Assembly: GCA_951406725.2 (NCBI GenBank) | Contig: OX597819.1 | Location: 114,142,001 to 114,206,000, forward strand | Source: Octopus vulgaris | Taxonomy: Eukaryota | DNA: 64,000 nt | Direction: 5' to 3' | Shown: piece by piece, positions 49,961 to 63,623 of the stretch | Layout of the letters: the number at the start of each line of letters is the position of its first letter | Numbering within the stretch: position 1 is the stretch's first letter | Made by a program: the position numbers and the translations under genes | Notes under the pieces: generated by a model | Told to the model about the DNA's origin: nothing | The model's database searches: none | The model's input: the letters and a program-made list of their open reading frames with translations, nothing else

Positions 49961-50914
49961 ATGCTAGAACAGACAGCAAAATATAGTGCAGTCTTCTGCC
50001 TGTCAAACCATCCAACCCATGCCAGCATGGAAAGCAGATAATGACATGATGATGATATAAGTGTATATCTTAAATATATATTTCGGAGATATATCTTTTA
50101 GTTTTTCTTAACAATCTATCTCCTATAACCTGACTGTTGTTAAACTCAGTAGAATATACACTCGTTTGATTTAAATGTTGCAAACTTAAAGTATTTATAT
50201 AATTAATCACAGTCGCCTGCATAGATTCCTTAAAACTTTTGCTTCTTTTGTAACAGTACTTTATTTGTTTTACATCATCTCTGTTTTTGTTTTGTTTTAT
50301 TTATTTATTTCTCTCTGCATGATTGAATTAAATCTAAGTAAGTCTTTACATTTATCTTAATAATATTGAAATGGTTTGTTGGCTTAGATATGATATATAT
50401 TTTAATCTTTTTAATATTGTTCTTTACTCTCTAAATGTATTATTCTTTCTGACAGTAAACTATTTAAATTACAGGCATAGGCAAGTGATGACTGATTTAT
50501 TTTGCTTCTATTCTTTAGTCAAGATTTGTAAGTAATTATAGTTACATATTTTTACTAATGCTGTTAATTTGATTTCTGTAATTAATTTCATAAAGTTAGA
50601 TAGTATTAGTTATCATTAATTAAGCTAACTGACATTGTTATTAATAAACTACAGCTGAAATAATGAAATACTTACTTCTAATTATGTCACTAACAGGCTT
50701 ATGTGATTTTTCAATTCCATATAAACCCTGGTTCGTGTGTTTTTGTTTGTAAATTATGTTTTTGGTATTTTCCTGTATTGATCACATGCAAAGAAGAATA
50801 TGTGCTATAGGTAAACTTATCAAAAATTGCTCCTATATTTCCGTACTATAGCCCTAGGCCAACCAAAGCCTTAGTGAGCAGAAACTGAAAGAAACCCATT
50901 ATATACATATACAT

Positions 50915-51590
50915 TTTACTAGAACGCTGGGGTATTGCCAGTTGGTGTTACTATACCTTCGTTAATCCTTCTTTAATAGTTGACATTAATGAATGTGGTA
51001 GTCTGATGTTGCTGCCCTCATATATGCTTCCTGCTATAAAGTTGGTTTCTCTGGGACTCTTGATTGGAGAAGATCCCATTTAGTTTGGTCTCTCAGGCTC
51101 TTCAGAAGGATATTGAAGAGTTGTAGACCCTTGAATTCCAAGTTATTGCAATGTCTGGTTCTGTATTTGGATGGCAAAAGTGGAGTCTTTGGCACTATGC
51201 AATAGTGCGCTGTTCTGATATTAGTATAACTTTCAATGCTTAAAAGATCTTTCAAGCCCATAAAAGATCTTCCAGATGTATCTTATAATACATCTTTCCT
51301 GCCATCATTCCAAGTAGTAGAGTCTTAACCACTTGAGTCTTTTCTAGAAGCTAATCTGTTGCACTGAGTCTATCTTCTTTGTAAAGTTTTGTTGGATTGT
51401 CTTGAGTTCCGCTATTAATTTTATAGTATATGGTGACCATAGTTGGGAGTAAAATGGTGTAGGATAAATGTCCTCCAGAGGACTATCACTGTTTCCTGCA
51501 CCCTTGGTCTGAAAGTTCTAAGAACCCATCTGGCCAGCTGCCTTTCATTGCCAACTTAGTAATATGCACGGAAGGATGCATCATTACCTA
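50915..51590 (-). mobile_element. CR1-type LINE relic
   Basis: HYCIVPKTPLLPSKYRTRHCNNLEFKGLQLFNILLKSLRD, homologous to 47465-47810. Confidence 0.7.
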
Positions 51591-53283
51591 TGTATGTGTA
51601 AGTGTGTATGTGTGTTTGTGTGTGTGTGTGTTTGTGTGTGTGCATGTGTGTGTTACTGTCTCCTTGCCTTGACATTGTATAATAGTTGTAAACAAGTGTC
51701 ACCATCGTGCAAGTGATGTCCTTTGCTTCCAATCTTCTGTGAAAACATGTCTGGCCATGGGAAATTATTACCTTCCTTGGAAACAAGTGAAGGTTGGTGA
51801 CAAGAAGAGCATTCAACTATAAAAAAATCCCTCTCAACAAATTTCGTCCGACCCATGCAAGCATGAGAAAAGTAGATGTTAAAAAAAAGAACAATGATGA
51901 TATTTTCTTTTTAAGATTTGATTGTTTACAGCTTAAAAATCCAGATCATAAATACCATAATAATATAGACAGGGTTTTCTTCTCTTGTAATCATCTAGAA
52001 TCTAGTGTTTTTTTTAATGTTATTTTTTCAATTATGAAAATTCATTTCTATGTGGTCAGTATGACACAAGCATTTATTTATGATAATTTGATGACATAGT
52101 CTATAAAAAGTAGTCAGGCTCCAATCCATACAAGCATGGATAAATGGACATAAAATGGTGATGATAGTGATGCTAATGGTGGTGGTGGTGGTGATGATGA
52201 TTATGGTGATGGTGATGATACCGTTTTTAAGTAAAGTACCCATAACAACAATATAAATAATGATGATGATGATGATATAAATAATAGGAAGATAAATTGA
52301 TATAGATATTGATAGATAAATAAATACATGGGGAGAATGAGACTGAGCAGAAGAAGAGAGAGGAGGGAGAGAGAGCAAAGAGAGCCAAAGAGAGACAAGG
52401 AAGGAGAGAGAAAGAGAGAGAGAGATTAAATTATGGAAAGGAAATCAATTCCATCAATTGGACAGTGATTAATTGAGTTGTGTAGGAAGCTGTTGAGTGT
52501 AGAAAATCACAGTAATTCATGAGAAACCATATCCTCTGGAACAACGCAGTTCCAGTGTTAGCTGGGCTTCGATCCTCTCTGGCAGAGCATCAGAAATAGA
52601 GCGGAGAATATTAGAATCACATCTGCCAACTGGACTGGAACACTGCCAGAAGAATTAACAGCATCGTTGTGTTATCATTATGGATGTTTCTTCTTGTTTT
52701 GTTTCGTTGGGTTTTTTTTTATCTCTTTTGGTGTTCCATACTTCTTTTTGTTGGAGAAGGGGAGGGCGACAGGATTTGGGTTCTTGATGATTTGCAATGT
52801 CTTTGGTTGATGTATTTTCTGATATTTTCTGCGTTTCTTTTACTTATTTTTAAGATGTGATGTATCCATTTTTGAGGAATGATGGATTTTTGCTTCGTTT
52901 CATTTATTGTGTGTACGAGAGAGAAAGAGAGGGGGAGAGAGAAAGAGAGATGGGGAGAGAGAATTATGTGATTGTGTGATTGCATGTAAATGGGTATTCT
53001 TTATTCTGTTATTTTCACTTGTTTCAGTTGTTAGACTGTGGCCATGCTGGGGCAAGACCTTGAATGAAGTGACCCCAGTACTGATTTTTAAAAAATCTGG
53101 TATTTATTCTATTAGTCTCTTTTGCCGAACCACTATGTTACAGGGATGTAAATGCACCAACACTGGTTGTCAAGCAATAGTGGGGAACAAACACGGACAC
53201 AAAAGCACACACATGCACACACAGATATATGTATGTGTGTGTGTGTGTGTATATATATATATGTTTGTATGTATATATATATA

Positions 53284-54590
53284 TTGGGTCATACCATAAA
53301 TAGTGCTATTTTTTTAATTGCATGAACTAAAATTTGGGTGGGGGAATAAACTACCTGCATCAACTTCCTATAAAAGCAGGTAGTAGTTTTACCTTGTCCT
53401 TATCCTTAGTGCAAGTTTTGAAGAGTACAGTTCGATTTTAACAGTTATTTTTTCAAAGCTGTAATGAAAGTGACAAAGGAGCATATTCGGTATATTTTGC
53501 TTTATGAGTTCAATAAAGGCAACAATGCAATGGAAAGTGCAAGGAATATTGATGCAGTATATGGGGACTGGACAATAAATATAAGCCAGTGTCAATGGTG
53601 AATCCAGAAATTCTGAGCTGGAACCTACAGCCTAGAAAATTAGCCTTGTCCTGAAAGATCTGTAAAGCTCAATGAGGACATCCTGCAAACCCTGGTAGAA
53701 CAAAATCCCATTGTAACTGTTGAGGAACTAGCAGAGAAGCTTGGATTTGGACATCCAACCATTCATCAACACCTGTGTGCCATCAGAAAAGTCAGCAAAT
53801 TGGGTCAGTGGGTTGCTCACAAACATTACAAGTCTAATCGCATGCAGATTGTGAATGTGTGCTCTTCTTTGTTATCATGTCTCATGAATTAACCATTTTT
53901 GGACTGAATAGTGAGTGGTGAAGAGAAATGGGTTCTCTATAAAACTATCAAGTGCCAAAGACCCTGGGAAGAGAAAGGAGAAACACTTGCACCCCAGGCT
54001 AAAAGAAGGTCTTCACCCACATAAGTCGTTGTTATCTGCTTGGTGGGATATGAAAGGTTTAGTCTGCTTTGAACTTTTAAACCCAAACCAAACAACAACA
54101 AAAAAGATCTACAGTGAGTAACTTGAGTGGCTTAAGTCAGCACTAGAAGAAAAACAACCATCTTTGGTTTCAAGACAAAAGATGTTCTTCCTTCAGGATA
54201 ATGCTCAGCTACATACAATGAGGATGACATTCCAAAGGCTGGAGCAGTTTGAATGGGAAATGATGCCCCACCCACCATATTTACTGGACATTGCCCCATT
54301 TGATTATCATTTATTCTGCAGTCATCAAAATCATTTGGAGGGAAAAAAATATGAATTCTGTATACAAAGTCACAACAGTAGTGGAAGGAGTATTTTTCAT
54401 CGTGGACAAGTGAATTTTGGAAGAGGGGGCCTTGCAAGTGTACCAGATAGATGGAAGAGCATTGTAGAAAATGAAGGAGAGTATATTTTAGATTAAAAAA
54501 GAATTTTGTTTATCTTAATTTTGAGCAGAAGAAGAGAGAGGAGGGAGAGAATAAAATATGAAAACCTGCATTATTTATGGGATGACCCTA
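53284..54590 (+). mobile_element. Full-length mariner element, inactive
   Basis: TIRs ttgggtcataccataaatagtgc / gcattatttatgggatgacccta, flanked by TA. Confidence 0.9.
53464..54496 (+). pseudogene. Mariner transposase pseudogene
   Basis: MKVTKEHIRYILLYEFNKGNNA...GQWVAHK...SGEEKW...LQDNA...PHPPYLLDIAPFDYHLF...WKSIVENEGEYILD, with stops and frameshifts. Confidence 0.9.
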
Positions 54591-54592
54591 TA

Positions 54593-55145
54593 TCATCATC
54601 ATCATCATCATTTAACGTTCGTTTTCCATGCTAGCATGGGTTAGATGGTTCAACCGGGGTCTGGGAAGCCAGGAGGCTGCACCAGGCTCCAGGATGCTCT
54701 TCCTAACACTAACCACTCTGTGAGTGTAGTGGGTGCTTTTTACGTGCCACTGGCACAGAGGCCAGAGGAAGCTGGAAACAGCCACGATCAGTTGGTGCTC
54801 TTTATGTGCCACCAGCACGGAAGCCAGTCAAAGCAGCGCTGGCATCAGCCATGTTCGGATGGAGCTTTTTACGTGCCACCGGCACAAGTATCACAACTAC
54901 AATCTCCATCTGATTTTTATTTTGATGTTGATGTACTCAACTCAATAGGTCTCCTCAAGCACAGCAGGTCACCCTATGATCCAAGGTAAGCACAGCAGGT
55001 CGTCCTACGATCCAAGGTTCTTTTGAATGGGCTGGGGCTGGTTTTGCGAAACTGGTGTAGGATACAGCCATGAACTCACTTTGTCGGGTCTTCGCAGTCA
55101 CAGCATATCTCCAGAGGTCTCGGTCTTTTGTCATTGCCTCTGTAA
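54593..55145 (-). mobile_element. RTE LINE 3' end: ORF2 terminus + family C UTR + (GAT)n
   Basis: TEAMTKDRDLWRYAVTAKTRQ followed by gtgccggtggcacgtaaaaagc units and the family-C tail. Confidence 0.8.
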
Positions 55146-55157
55146 TATATATGTATA

Positions 55158-55197
<40 letters not shown>

Positions 55198-56879
55198 GGG
55201 CTTCTTTCAGTTTCTGTCTACCAAATTCACTCACAAGGCTTTGCTCGGCCTGAGGCTAAAGTAGAAGACACTTTCCCAAGGTATCACACAGTGGGACTGA
55301 ACCTGGAACCATGTGGTTGGGAAGTAAACAGCTTACTACACAGCCATGCCTGTGCTTTCATTTATATATTGTCCTCTACTAATACTAATAATTTGATTAT
55401 TAATATTATTCTCTTAATATTATTCATGGATTGAAAAATATGTCAAAACTAATTTTTCTTCATAAAAAAATGTTTGTATTTGATGACATATAAAACCCAC
55501 TTCCATATACCTACCTCCAGCCACTATGTTAAAAATAGCCCTATGTCATTCATGTGTGTAAAGATGAGATATCCAATCAATTAATGTTTGTTAGATACCA
55601 CAAGTTACCACCACTTCTACCTAACCCAAATCTATAATACTATAAATAAAATTTAATCAGTCAACATCATTGTATATATTGTTAATACAAGTACTATATT
55701 TTTAAATGGTTTCATCATCATCACCATCAGCATCATCACCACCACTATCACACCACCACCACCATGATTATCGTCATCACAATTACCATCATCATCATCG
55801 AATTACTGCCACCACTGCCACCATCGTCATCACCATTTTATGTCCATTTATCCATGCTTGTATGGATTACAGCCTGACTACTTTTATAGACTATAACATC
55901 AAATTATTATAAATAAATATCTCCCCCACCACCACTGTCTCCCTCCTCACATTCTCCTCCCATCTCTCCCACCACAGTTCCCTCCCTCCTGATGCCATAT
56001 TTTCTTTCTTGCTATCCAGAACCATTTTCATTTGTTAGCTATCCTTCATGCATTAATATTGTTCTCTACATCCACACAGATCTCCTCTATCTCCACCACT
56101 AGACCACCGAATTCTATCCTCATGCATTATGCCTGACTCTCTCTCTCTCCCTCCCTGACCCCAACGTTTGTTTTGTCTGTCCCCATATTGTCCCCTCTTT
56201 TTCTCAACCTTATGGTGAATAAAGAAATTCTCTTTCTCTCTCTCATCATTGCTATCCTGTTATTTCTCTCTTCTTGCATTCCTCTAACCTCCAAGTTCAT
56301 GCACCATTGGCCATCCCTACCCCTGCACCCACACTTCAACCGTGCCCAGCCTTTGCACACACTGCCTACCTCCCTCCTCTGTTTCCCCCATCTCCTGTCC
56401 CCTCGTTCACTCTTGGAAACTCTCACCAACTCACACTCCTAGTTTCTTTGTCCCCACTCACTACTGCTCACTTGTTACCTTGAAGGTGCCTCCTGGACCC
56501 CTTATCACCACTAGTCTCTTTGTAGCTACTATTGTATCACTTCTCACTATCTCCTAAATGTGAGTGGCCCTGTAGCTCCCCTACAGCAAGAACCTGCTCT
56601 GCTCCACCTCTTTCCCTCATACCTTAACCCTCTCATGCTAGCATAAAGTCCCTCCAATCAAGTATCTTGGGCTTACAGGTAGCATGAGCAAAGCACCAGT
56701 ACACTGTAAAGTGGTTGGCATTAGGAAGGGCATCCAGTCATAGGGACTATGCCAAAGCAGACATTGGAGCTCAATTAGGGTTAGGGTTCTTGACTCATAA
56801 GGATCCTTGTCAAACCATCCAACCCATTCCAGCATGGAACATGGATGTTAAATTGTAATGAGGAAGATGACAATATATT

Positions 56880-57358
56880 TATGCCATGACAGAGTGCTAG
56901 TGTATTGCAAGAAAAGTTGGGCATAAGAGGAATTAGATGCAGTATACTGGTTTGGTCATGTGATGCAGGTGGATGTCGACAGTTGCATGTAGCATTGTCA
57001 ATCACTTAAAGTGGAGGGAACTTGTGGAAGAGGGTGACCCAGGGAGATATGGGACAAAGTACTGAGGGTTGATTTAGCCTTACAAAGGAGATGACAAAAG
57101 ACTGAGTTATATGGCACCTTCCTGTACTCAAGATGACCTCTTCGTCACAGCATAATTGTGACCAGCGCTGGTACCACATGGAAAGCATCCAAATCACTCT
57201 TTGGAATGGTTGGTGTTAGGGAGGGCATCCAGCCATAGAAAATATGCCAGAACAGACAATGGAGTCTGGTGTGGCCCCTAGCTTGCCAGTTCCAGCCAAA
57301 CTGTCCAACTCATGCCATCATGGAAAACAGATGCGAAATGATGATGATGATGATGATG
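56880..57358 (+). mobile_element. RTE LINE 3' end (ORF2 terminus + UTR)
   Basis: EKLGIRGIRC..WFGHVMQVD..LKVEGTCGRG*PREIWDKVL..TKEMTKD, then family-C tail and (GAT)n. Confidence 0.8.
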
Positions 57359-57410
57359 CTACATAGTTTTGGGAAGAACCTTGATAAGATGATAATGGTA
57401 TACAACAAAA

Positions 57411-57645
57411 AGGCGGCGAGCTGGCAGAAACGTTAGCACACCGGACAAAATACTTAGCTGTATTTCGTCTGACAGTACGTTCTGAGTTCAAATTCTGCTG
57501 AGGTCGACTTTGCCTTTCATCCTTTCAGGGTCGATTAAATAAGTACCAGTTACACACTGGGATCGATATAATCGACTTAATCCGTTTGTCTGTCCTTGTT
57601 TGTCCCTTTTGTATTTAGCCCCTTGTGGGTAGTAAAGAAATAGGT
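57411..57645 (+). mobile_element. SINE family B, best-preserved copy
   Basis: aggcggcgagctggcagaaacgttagc...gtcgactttgcctttcatcctttcagggtcgattaaataagtaccag...gtagtaaagaaatagg. Confidence 0.85.
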
Positions 57646-58277
57646 ATAAAACATCAACAGTGATCAGTGTCACTGTATGTATTTCGTGTCTATCACAGTT
57701 TGGATAACTTAGTATATTGAACATCATCATAACAACAACAGAAATATGCACACACCCACACATAATAGCAGCAAAAAGCCTTTCGATACTAGTCACAAAC
57801 AGACACATGAACATGGACATTCAGACACACACACACACGTAATATGGTGGTAGCAGTGTAAAATTTTTACCGCCAAGATAATGACACCCCTCCATGGTTT
57901 ATGGCTTTCTTGCAATTAGTCTGCATAATTGAAGCAGATTCGAATTTCTCTCATTTATTTCTAGTTGTCAATGGTTTAGGCCATGTCTCTATGAATTTAT
58001 GAATGCAATCACTTTCCAGAAACTCAATAGTTTCCCTAATGTATGTTTGATTTTTCTTTCAATTTGGTTTGTCTACACACATTGATACATGTGTGAGATC
58101 CATTACATACAAACATGCGGACAGACAATTATTAGGTAGTTATAGATGCAGGCATAGCTGCACTATTTGCTTTTGGGTTCTTTCCAACCATGTAGCACCT
58201 TGGAAATGTGTCATCTACAGTAACCTTATAAATGCAGTTTGATGGAAACTATAAGGAAGCACATACATACATATACT

Positions 58278-58693
58278 ATTATTATTATTGTTGTTGTTAT
58301 TGAGTGAGGGAGAAGTGCATGCTATCAAAGTGACACTGGGGTAAAATATACAAAGCCCAGTATACCCATCATGATACCCTGTCTGATAAGGGTACGCCAG
58401 GCACATGCATCACAACTATATGTGTGTGCGGCATGGTGATCTCATATCAAGATAAACAGCACATGACCTTGCAGATGGAGCCCAGTTAGAATTTTCTTCA
58501 GGTTGAGTAGCCCATTCCATTCAACTGGTTACGGTCAAACAACTGATGAGCAAATCTGTGGTATTGAGCAGAATAATTGCTGTAGCCCATCTTTTACTCC
58601 AAGACAAAACAATATACTTGATAGCAATTCCAATCAGTTAAGATCAGAAGCCATGAGAGCCAGTGCCTGGTACTGCATCAGGGCATTTATTAT
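58278..58693 (-). mobile_element. Unclassified retroposon-like repeat bounded by (TTA)n
   Basis: GC-richer block with TTA/TTG repeats on the left and tttattat on the right; class inferred only. Confidence 0.4.
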
Positions 58694-58946
58694 CTCCACC
58701 TTAGCGAAGGCGAAGGTATTGTTTTCAGTCATGTTAAACGATGATGATGATGATGTGGTGAGCTGGCAGAATCGTTAGTATGCAAGGTGAAATGCTCTGC
58801 GGCATTTCATCCATCTTTACATTCTGAGTTCAAATTCCGCTTAGGTTGATTTTGCCTTTCTTCCTTTTGAAGTTGATAAATTAAGCACTAGTGAAATTCT
58901 GGGGTTGATGTAATTTCAGGCATTGTGCCTTTAGTAGAAAGGATTG

Positions 58947-59250
58947 TTATTATTATTATCATTTATGGTTTCCTTTCATCATAACTTTATTAACAGCTGC
59001 CTTAGTACAGGGTATCCTCTGGAGGCCAAGATTAGCAAGGGCACTTTTGTTTTGCTATGCATGCTAAAATTATCACCACATTTATTCCATTTTAGATGGA
59101 GAGTGCTTTCCGTAGTATATGGATGGGCTGTATCCATCAAGGTTATCTTTTGTAGTTCATGGAGTTACCAAGGAGTTGCTTAATATACTTCTCAGCTCCC
59201 TTCTTTATCATTCCCAATGCACCAATTACTTATTATTATTATTATTATTC
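58947..59250 (-). mobile_element. R4/Dong-type LINE extreme 3' end within (TAA)n
   Basis: VIGALGMIKKGAEKYIKQL...HILRKALSI*; TTA repeats on both sides. Confidence 0.7.
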
Positions 59251-60095
59251 AAAACAGGTTGATTTGACCCTAAGGCTTCTTACAGAAACCTAGTTTGTTG
59301 GGCTTAGGCAGCTGGATGGAGAGATGCAGGAAATCCATGATGTCTACCAGAAATTATGTTGCTCTATATACTCATATATATAAATATATACACTCACAGA
59401 CATGCGTGTATGTTTGTTTCCATGTGTCTTCACACTGATATCAATTAGGCAATGATAACTTTTGTTTATATCCTACATAAAGAATATGTCCCCACACTCC
59501 AGATCAGCAGTTCAACTTGCTATGATCACTGGAATAAAGTACTTGACTTGAAAACAAGTAAGGGGTGACACCATAGTATGGAACATTGGTTGTCAAACAA
59601 TGGTGAGGGGGAAAACACAGACACACACACATAAATACATACATATATATATATATATACAACGGGCTCCTTTCAGTTTCCATTTACCAAATCCACTCAC
59701 AAGCCTTTGGTTGGCCCTAGGTTATAGTAGAAGACACTTGTCCAAGGTGCCATGCAGTGAGACTGAACCCAGAATCATGTGGTTAGGAAGATATATATAT
59801 ATATATATACATACATGTTTTCGTGTGTGTGTGCATGAATATTGATAATTCATGGTTTTGCATTTTGCCATGTAAGCATTTCTTGTTGACATTATGACTG
59901 TTCATTCTACAGGTATAAAATACCAGTGGAATAAAAAGATCCCTTATTTTTAAAACAGGTAAGGGTTGATAACAGGAGGGGCATCTGGCAATAAGATACT
60001 ACCCGAAATAATCCAGTCCAATCTATGCTAGTATAGAAAAACAGGGTCTTAGACAAACTGAATAAATCTTACTGTGTGTGCATGTGTGTGTATAC

Positions 60096-60147
<52 letters not shown>

Positions 60148-61871
60148 ATGTGTGCAGAAGAGGAGAGAGAGAGAATTAGTGAACAGACAGGTATACAGAT
60201 AAGATGATAAATTGACAGATAGGTGAAGGAGTAGAGAGAAAGTTATGGAATAAAAGGGTGAGAATAGAAGTTGAGAAAATTGGAGATGAAAAGTGTTGAG
60301 AAAGAAAGAGAGGGAAGAGAAGGAGAAAATAGGACGAGAGAGGGAGTCAAGTCTCTTCTGTTGGTCAACTCTCATCCTCTTCTTTCTGCCTCTCACAACA
60401 CAGTCTCTCTCCTTTTTTTCTCTCTCTCTCTCAATTACAACTTTTTTCTCTCCCCTCCCCCCCCCACCTTCCCTTCTCCACCAAACCCATACTTTATCTG
60501 ATCTGATGTTTGCTTTTTTTGTATTGATATTTGATTCCATGCATTCGGAATGGCAAAACAAAAACAAAACATACTGTAAGTACCACCACCATCTCCTATC
60601 CCACCACCACCACCACTGCCACCGTTGCTGCTGCCATTACTTTTACAAAAACAACAACAACAACAAGGGAGCATGAAAAAATCCATTTATTGATTGCAGC
60701 AAATATCTTGGTGTCATATTCAGTTTGTTCACTGCATTTTTATTTATTTACTCTTCACAATGTTTTTTTTTTCTATTTTTCTTTTCTGTGATTATCTTGT
60801 TTTTACTATTTTTCCTTCTTTCTGTGAAACAAACCAACTCTACAAACGTTTTTAGTTATCATATAAAACAATAATAGTTTTGTCATTATCCCCTCTTTTT
60901 TTTCTTTTTTTTTTCAAGTCATCATTTATTACCATTGTTGTTGTTGCTATTGTTATGGTGGAATCTGTGCCAGATATAATTCCTTATTATAATATATCTT
61001 TATATCCCGAATTTGAATCACGCCAAGGTTAACGTTACCTTCTGTCTTTCTAGGGGGTCGACAAAATAACTATAAGTACTTATAAAATTTCATCTTCTAG
61101 TTTGCCAATTAAATCATTAAGGTCTTGAACAATTTTACTCCCACTTACCACAAACTTGAGACGCAATGCTATCATTGGTTTCATATCCATATGAGAAGTA
61201 TTTGGACATTAACTGTTCATTTCTATTATTTTCATGTGCCCATGATACATTTTGCAGAACCTCTATACCTGGTGGGATAGAGGGAAGACAAAATTATAAC
61301 TCAGACTAAATGAAGGACCTGGTCCAAATGCTTGTAACGGAATGGATTCTGTTAAAGCTTCCCATGGACCACTTGTGAGGTGTTAAAGGTAACAGTAACT
61401 CCTGGACATAACTGTTTTGAGTTGGCAGAAACGTTAGCATGCTGGGCAAAATGCTTAGCAGTATTTCATCTGTCTTTATATTCTGAGGTCAACTTTGCCT
61501 TTCATCCTTTCGGGGTCGATAAATTAAGTACCAGTTATGCACTGGGGTTGATGTCTTTGACTTAATCCCTTTGTCTGTCCTTGTTTGTCCCCTCCATGTT
61601 TAGTCCCTTGTGGGTAATAAAGAAATAAGAAACATTAGCACACTGGGCAAAATGCTTAGCAGTATTTCATCTGTCTTTACGTTCCGAGTTCAAATTCTGC
61701 TGAGGTTGACTTTGCCTTTCATCCTTTCGGGGTCAATAAATTAAGTACCAGTTGTGTACTGGGGTCGATCTAATCGACTGGCCCCCACCCCAAAAGTTTT
61801 GGGCCTTGTGTCTAGAGTAGAAAAGATTATAGGGTCAGTTACCTGTTCCCATTGCATATAAGTGAATGTGA

Positions 61872-62192
61872 ATGTGCATGGCTCAGTGGTTAGAGCATCG
61901 GGCTCACAATCATGAGATAGTGAGTTCAATTCTCAGACTGGGTTGTGTGCTGTGTTCTTGAGCAAAACACACTATTTCACGTTGCTCCAGTTCACTCAAC
62001 TGTAGAAATGAGTTGTAGAGTCACTGGCACCAAACTGTATCAGCATTTGCCTTTCCCTTGAATAACATTGGTGGTGTTGAGAGGGCATGCTGGTATGCAT
62101 GTGCAACCGCTGGTCTTCCATAAACAACCTTGCCCGGACTTGTGCCTTGGAGAGGAAATTTTCTAGGTGCATCTCATGGTCATTCATAACCA
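61872..62192 (+). mobile_element. tRNA-derived SINE (family F)
   Basis: A box tggctcagtgg, B box gagttcaattc, tgtgttcttgagcaaaacac domain. Confidence 0.75.
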
Positions 62193-62249
62193 TGGAAAGC
62201 GAACAGTGTATGAGTCAGATACATGCTTGCATGTGTATGGAGGGGGAAA

Positions 62250-62685
62250 AATCAGGTGTAGCGTTGGCAAATCTCAGGAAGCATGGAAGTTTTGAAGGAT
62301 GCAGTACTCTGACAACTAACAACTGATGCTGGCAGTTTATTCCATACTTCAGCAACTCTTAGCATGAAAGAATGTTTCCGAAAGTCATGGGAGCTGTGCT
62401 GTTTTCTGACTTTGTAAACATGTTCACAGGTGTTAGACAGATGGATTTTGAAAAGGTGCTCAGAGTTATTGTTTGTAAGATGGTTAATAATTTTATGGGT
62501 GTCTGCCAAGTCAGCTGCCAGTCGTCGGAGTTTCAATGTATCCATGCCCAGGGAAGTAAAGTGTTCAGAATATGGCAAATGCCTGATGGAGGGTATTCTC
62601 TTGGCTGCCGCTGAACGGCTTCCAGACGATTAATATCCTGGGCAAGATAGGAGTTCCAGACTGGTGATGCAAATTCCAGAAGATA
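62250..62685 (-). mobile_element. CR1-type LINE ORF2 3' relic
   Basis: LEFASPVWNSYLAQDINRLEAVQR...LGMDTLKLRRLAADL...FRKHSFMLRVAEVWNKLP. Confidence 0.85.
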
Positions 62686-62751
62686 CAACTCATTGCTTAT
62701 ACAATCACCACTCATTAAAATATCATAATCCAGACTCTTTCAACCAGCCAC

Positions 62752-63179
62752 CAGCCCTGGATTAACTATTAAGCAAAATAAGCACTTGTTTAGGGCACCA
62801 AGGGAAGTAGGGGAACCACAGAAATGATAAATGGTTTACAGTACAAAAGAAATCTCTTTAAACTTGCTAAAATAGTATTTGGGATGCCTTATCTCTAATG
62901 AGCATAAAAGCAGAAGTGTTACTTAAAATTAATTTTGAGGATCTGGTCAAAGACTTGGTAATTAACAAAAAGTAGAGGAAAACTTTCCAAATATAAGTAA
63001 AGTAGAAGTGTATAAAAATAAACATTATTTTCCATCTTACTGTTAGTTTTGTTTCATTTTGAAAAATAAAAATTTATTTACTGGCTTACTACTATTGTTT
63101 ATATTTAGAATTACATATATAGGGGGGCACCAAAATCTTTTAAGTGCTTAGGGCCCCTATGGGTCTTAGTCTATCCCTG
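62752..63179. mobile_element. Possible decayed MITE
   Basis: Ends cagccctggattaa / ttagtctatccctg resemble degenerate TIRs; internal (t)tagggc(a/c)cc repeats. Confidence 0.35.
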
Positions 63180-63623
63180 CTCCCCACCTCCACCACCATC
63201 TAACTTTATAACATTAAGACCTCTCAGAACTTACTTTCTAAGCAACTGTAACCCATTATTAATATCACACATTACTCACAGCACATACTCTATGTAAGAG
63301 GTTCTCAATATGGGTGGTGCCATCCCCAAAGGGGCACTAGACATGTTGAATGGGGCATTAGGCTTTAGCAGGTGGTGAGGTAACATAATTAACATATCAG
63401 ATTTTATCTATAGTAGTAATTATATTATGTATGATAAAACTAGTAAAATGGTTGTCAAAATAAAATGAGATCTCATTAGGCGGAGGGAAGTCATTAACTT
63501 GCTATGTATAAAGTAAATTTACAACTTCTGTCTTTAGTAATTTTTATTGTTTATACAATCCATTTTTAGAGTAAAATTTATAAAATCATAATCCACTTTA
63601 GATTAGTATAAAGTAAATTTACA

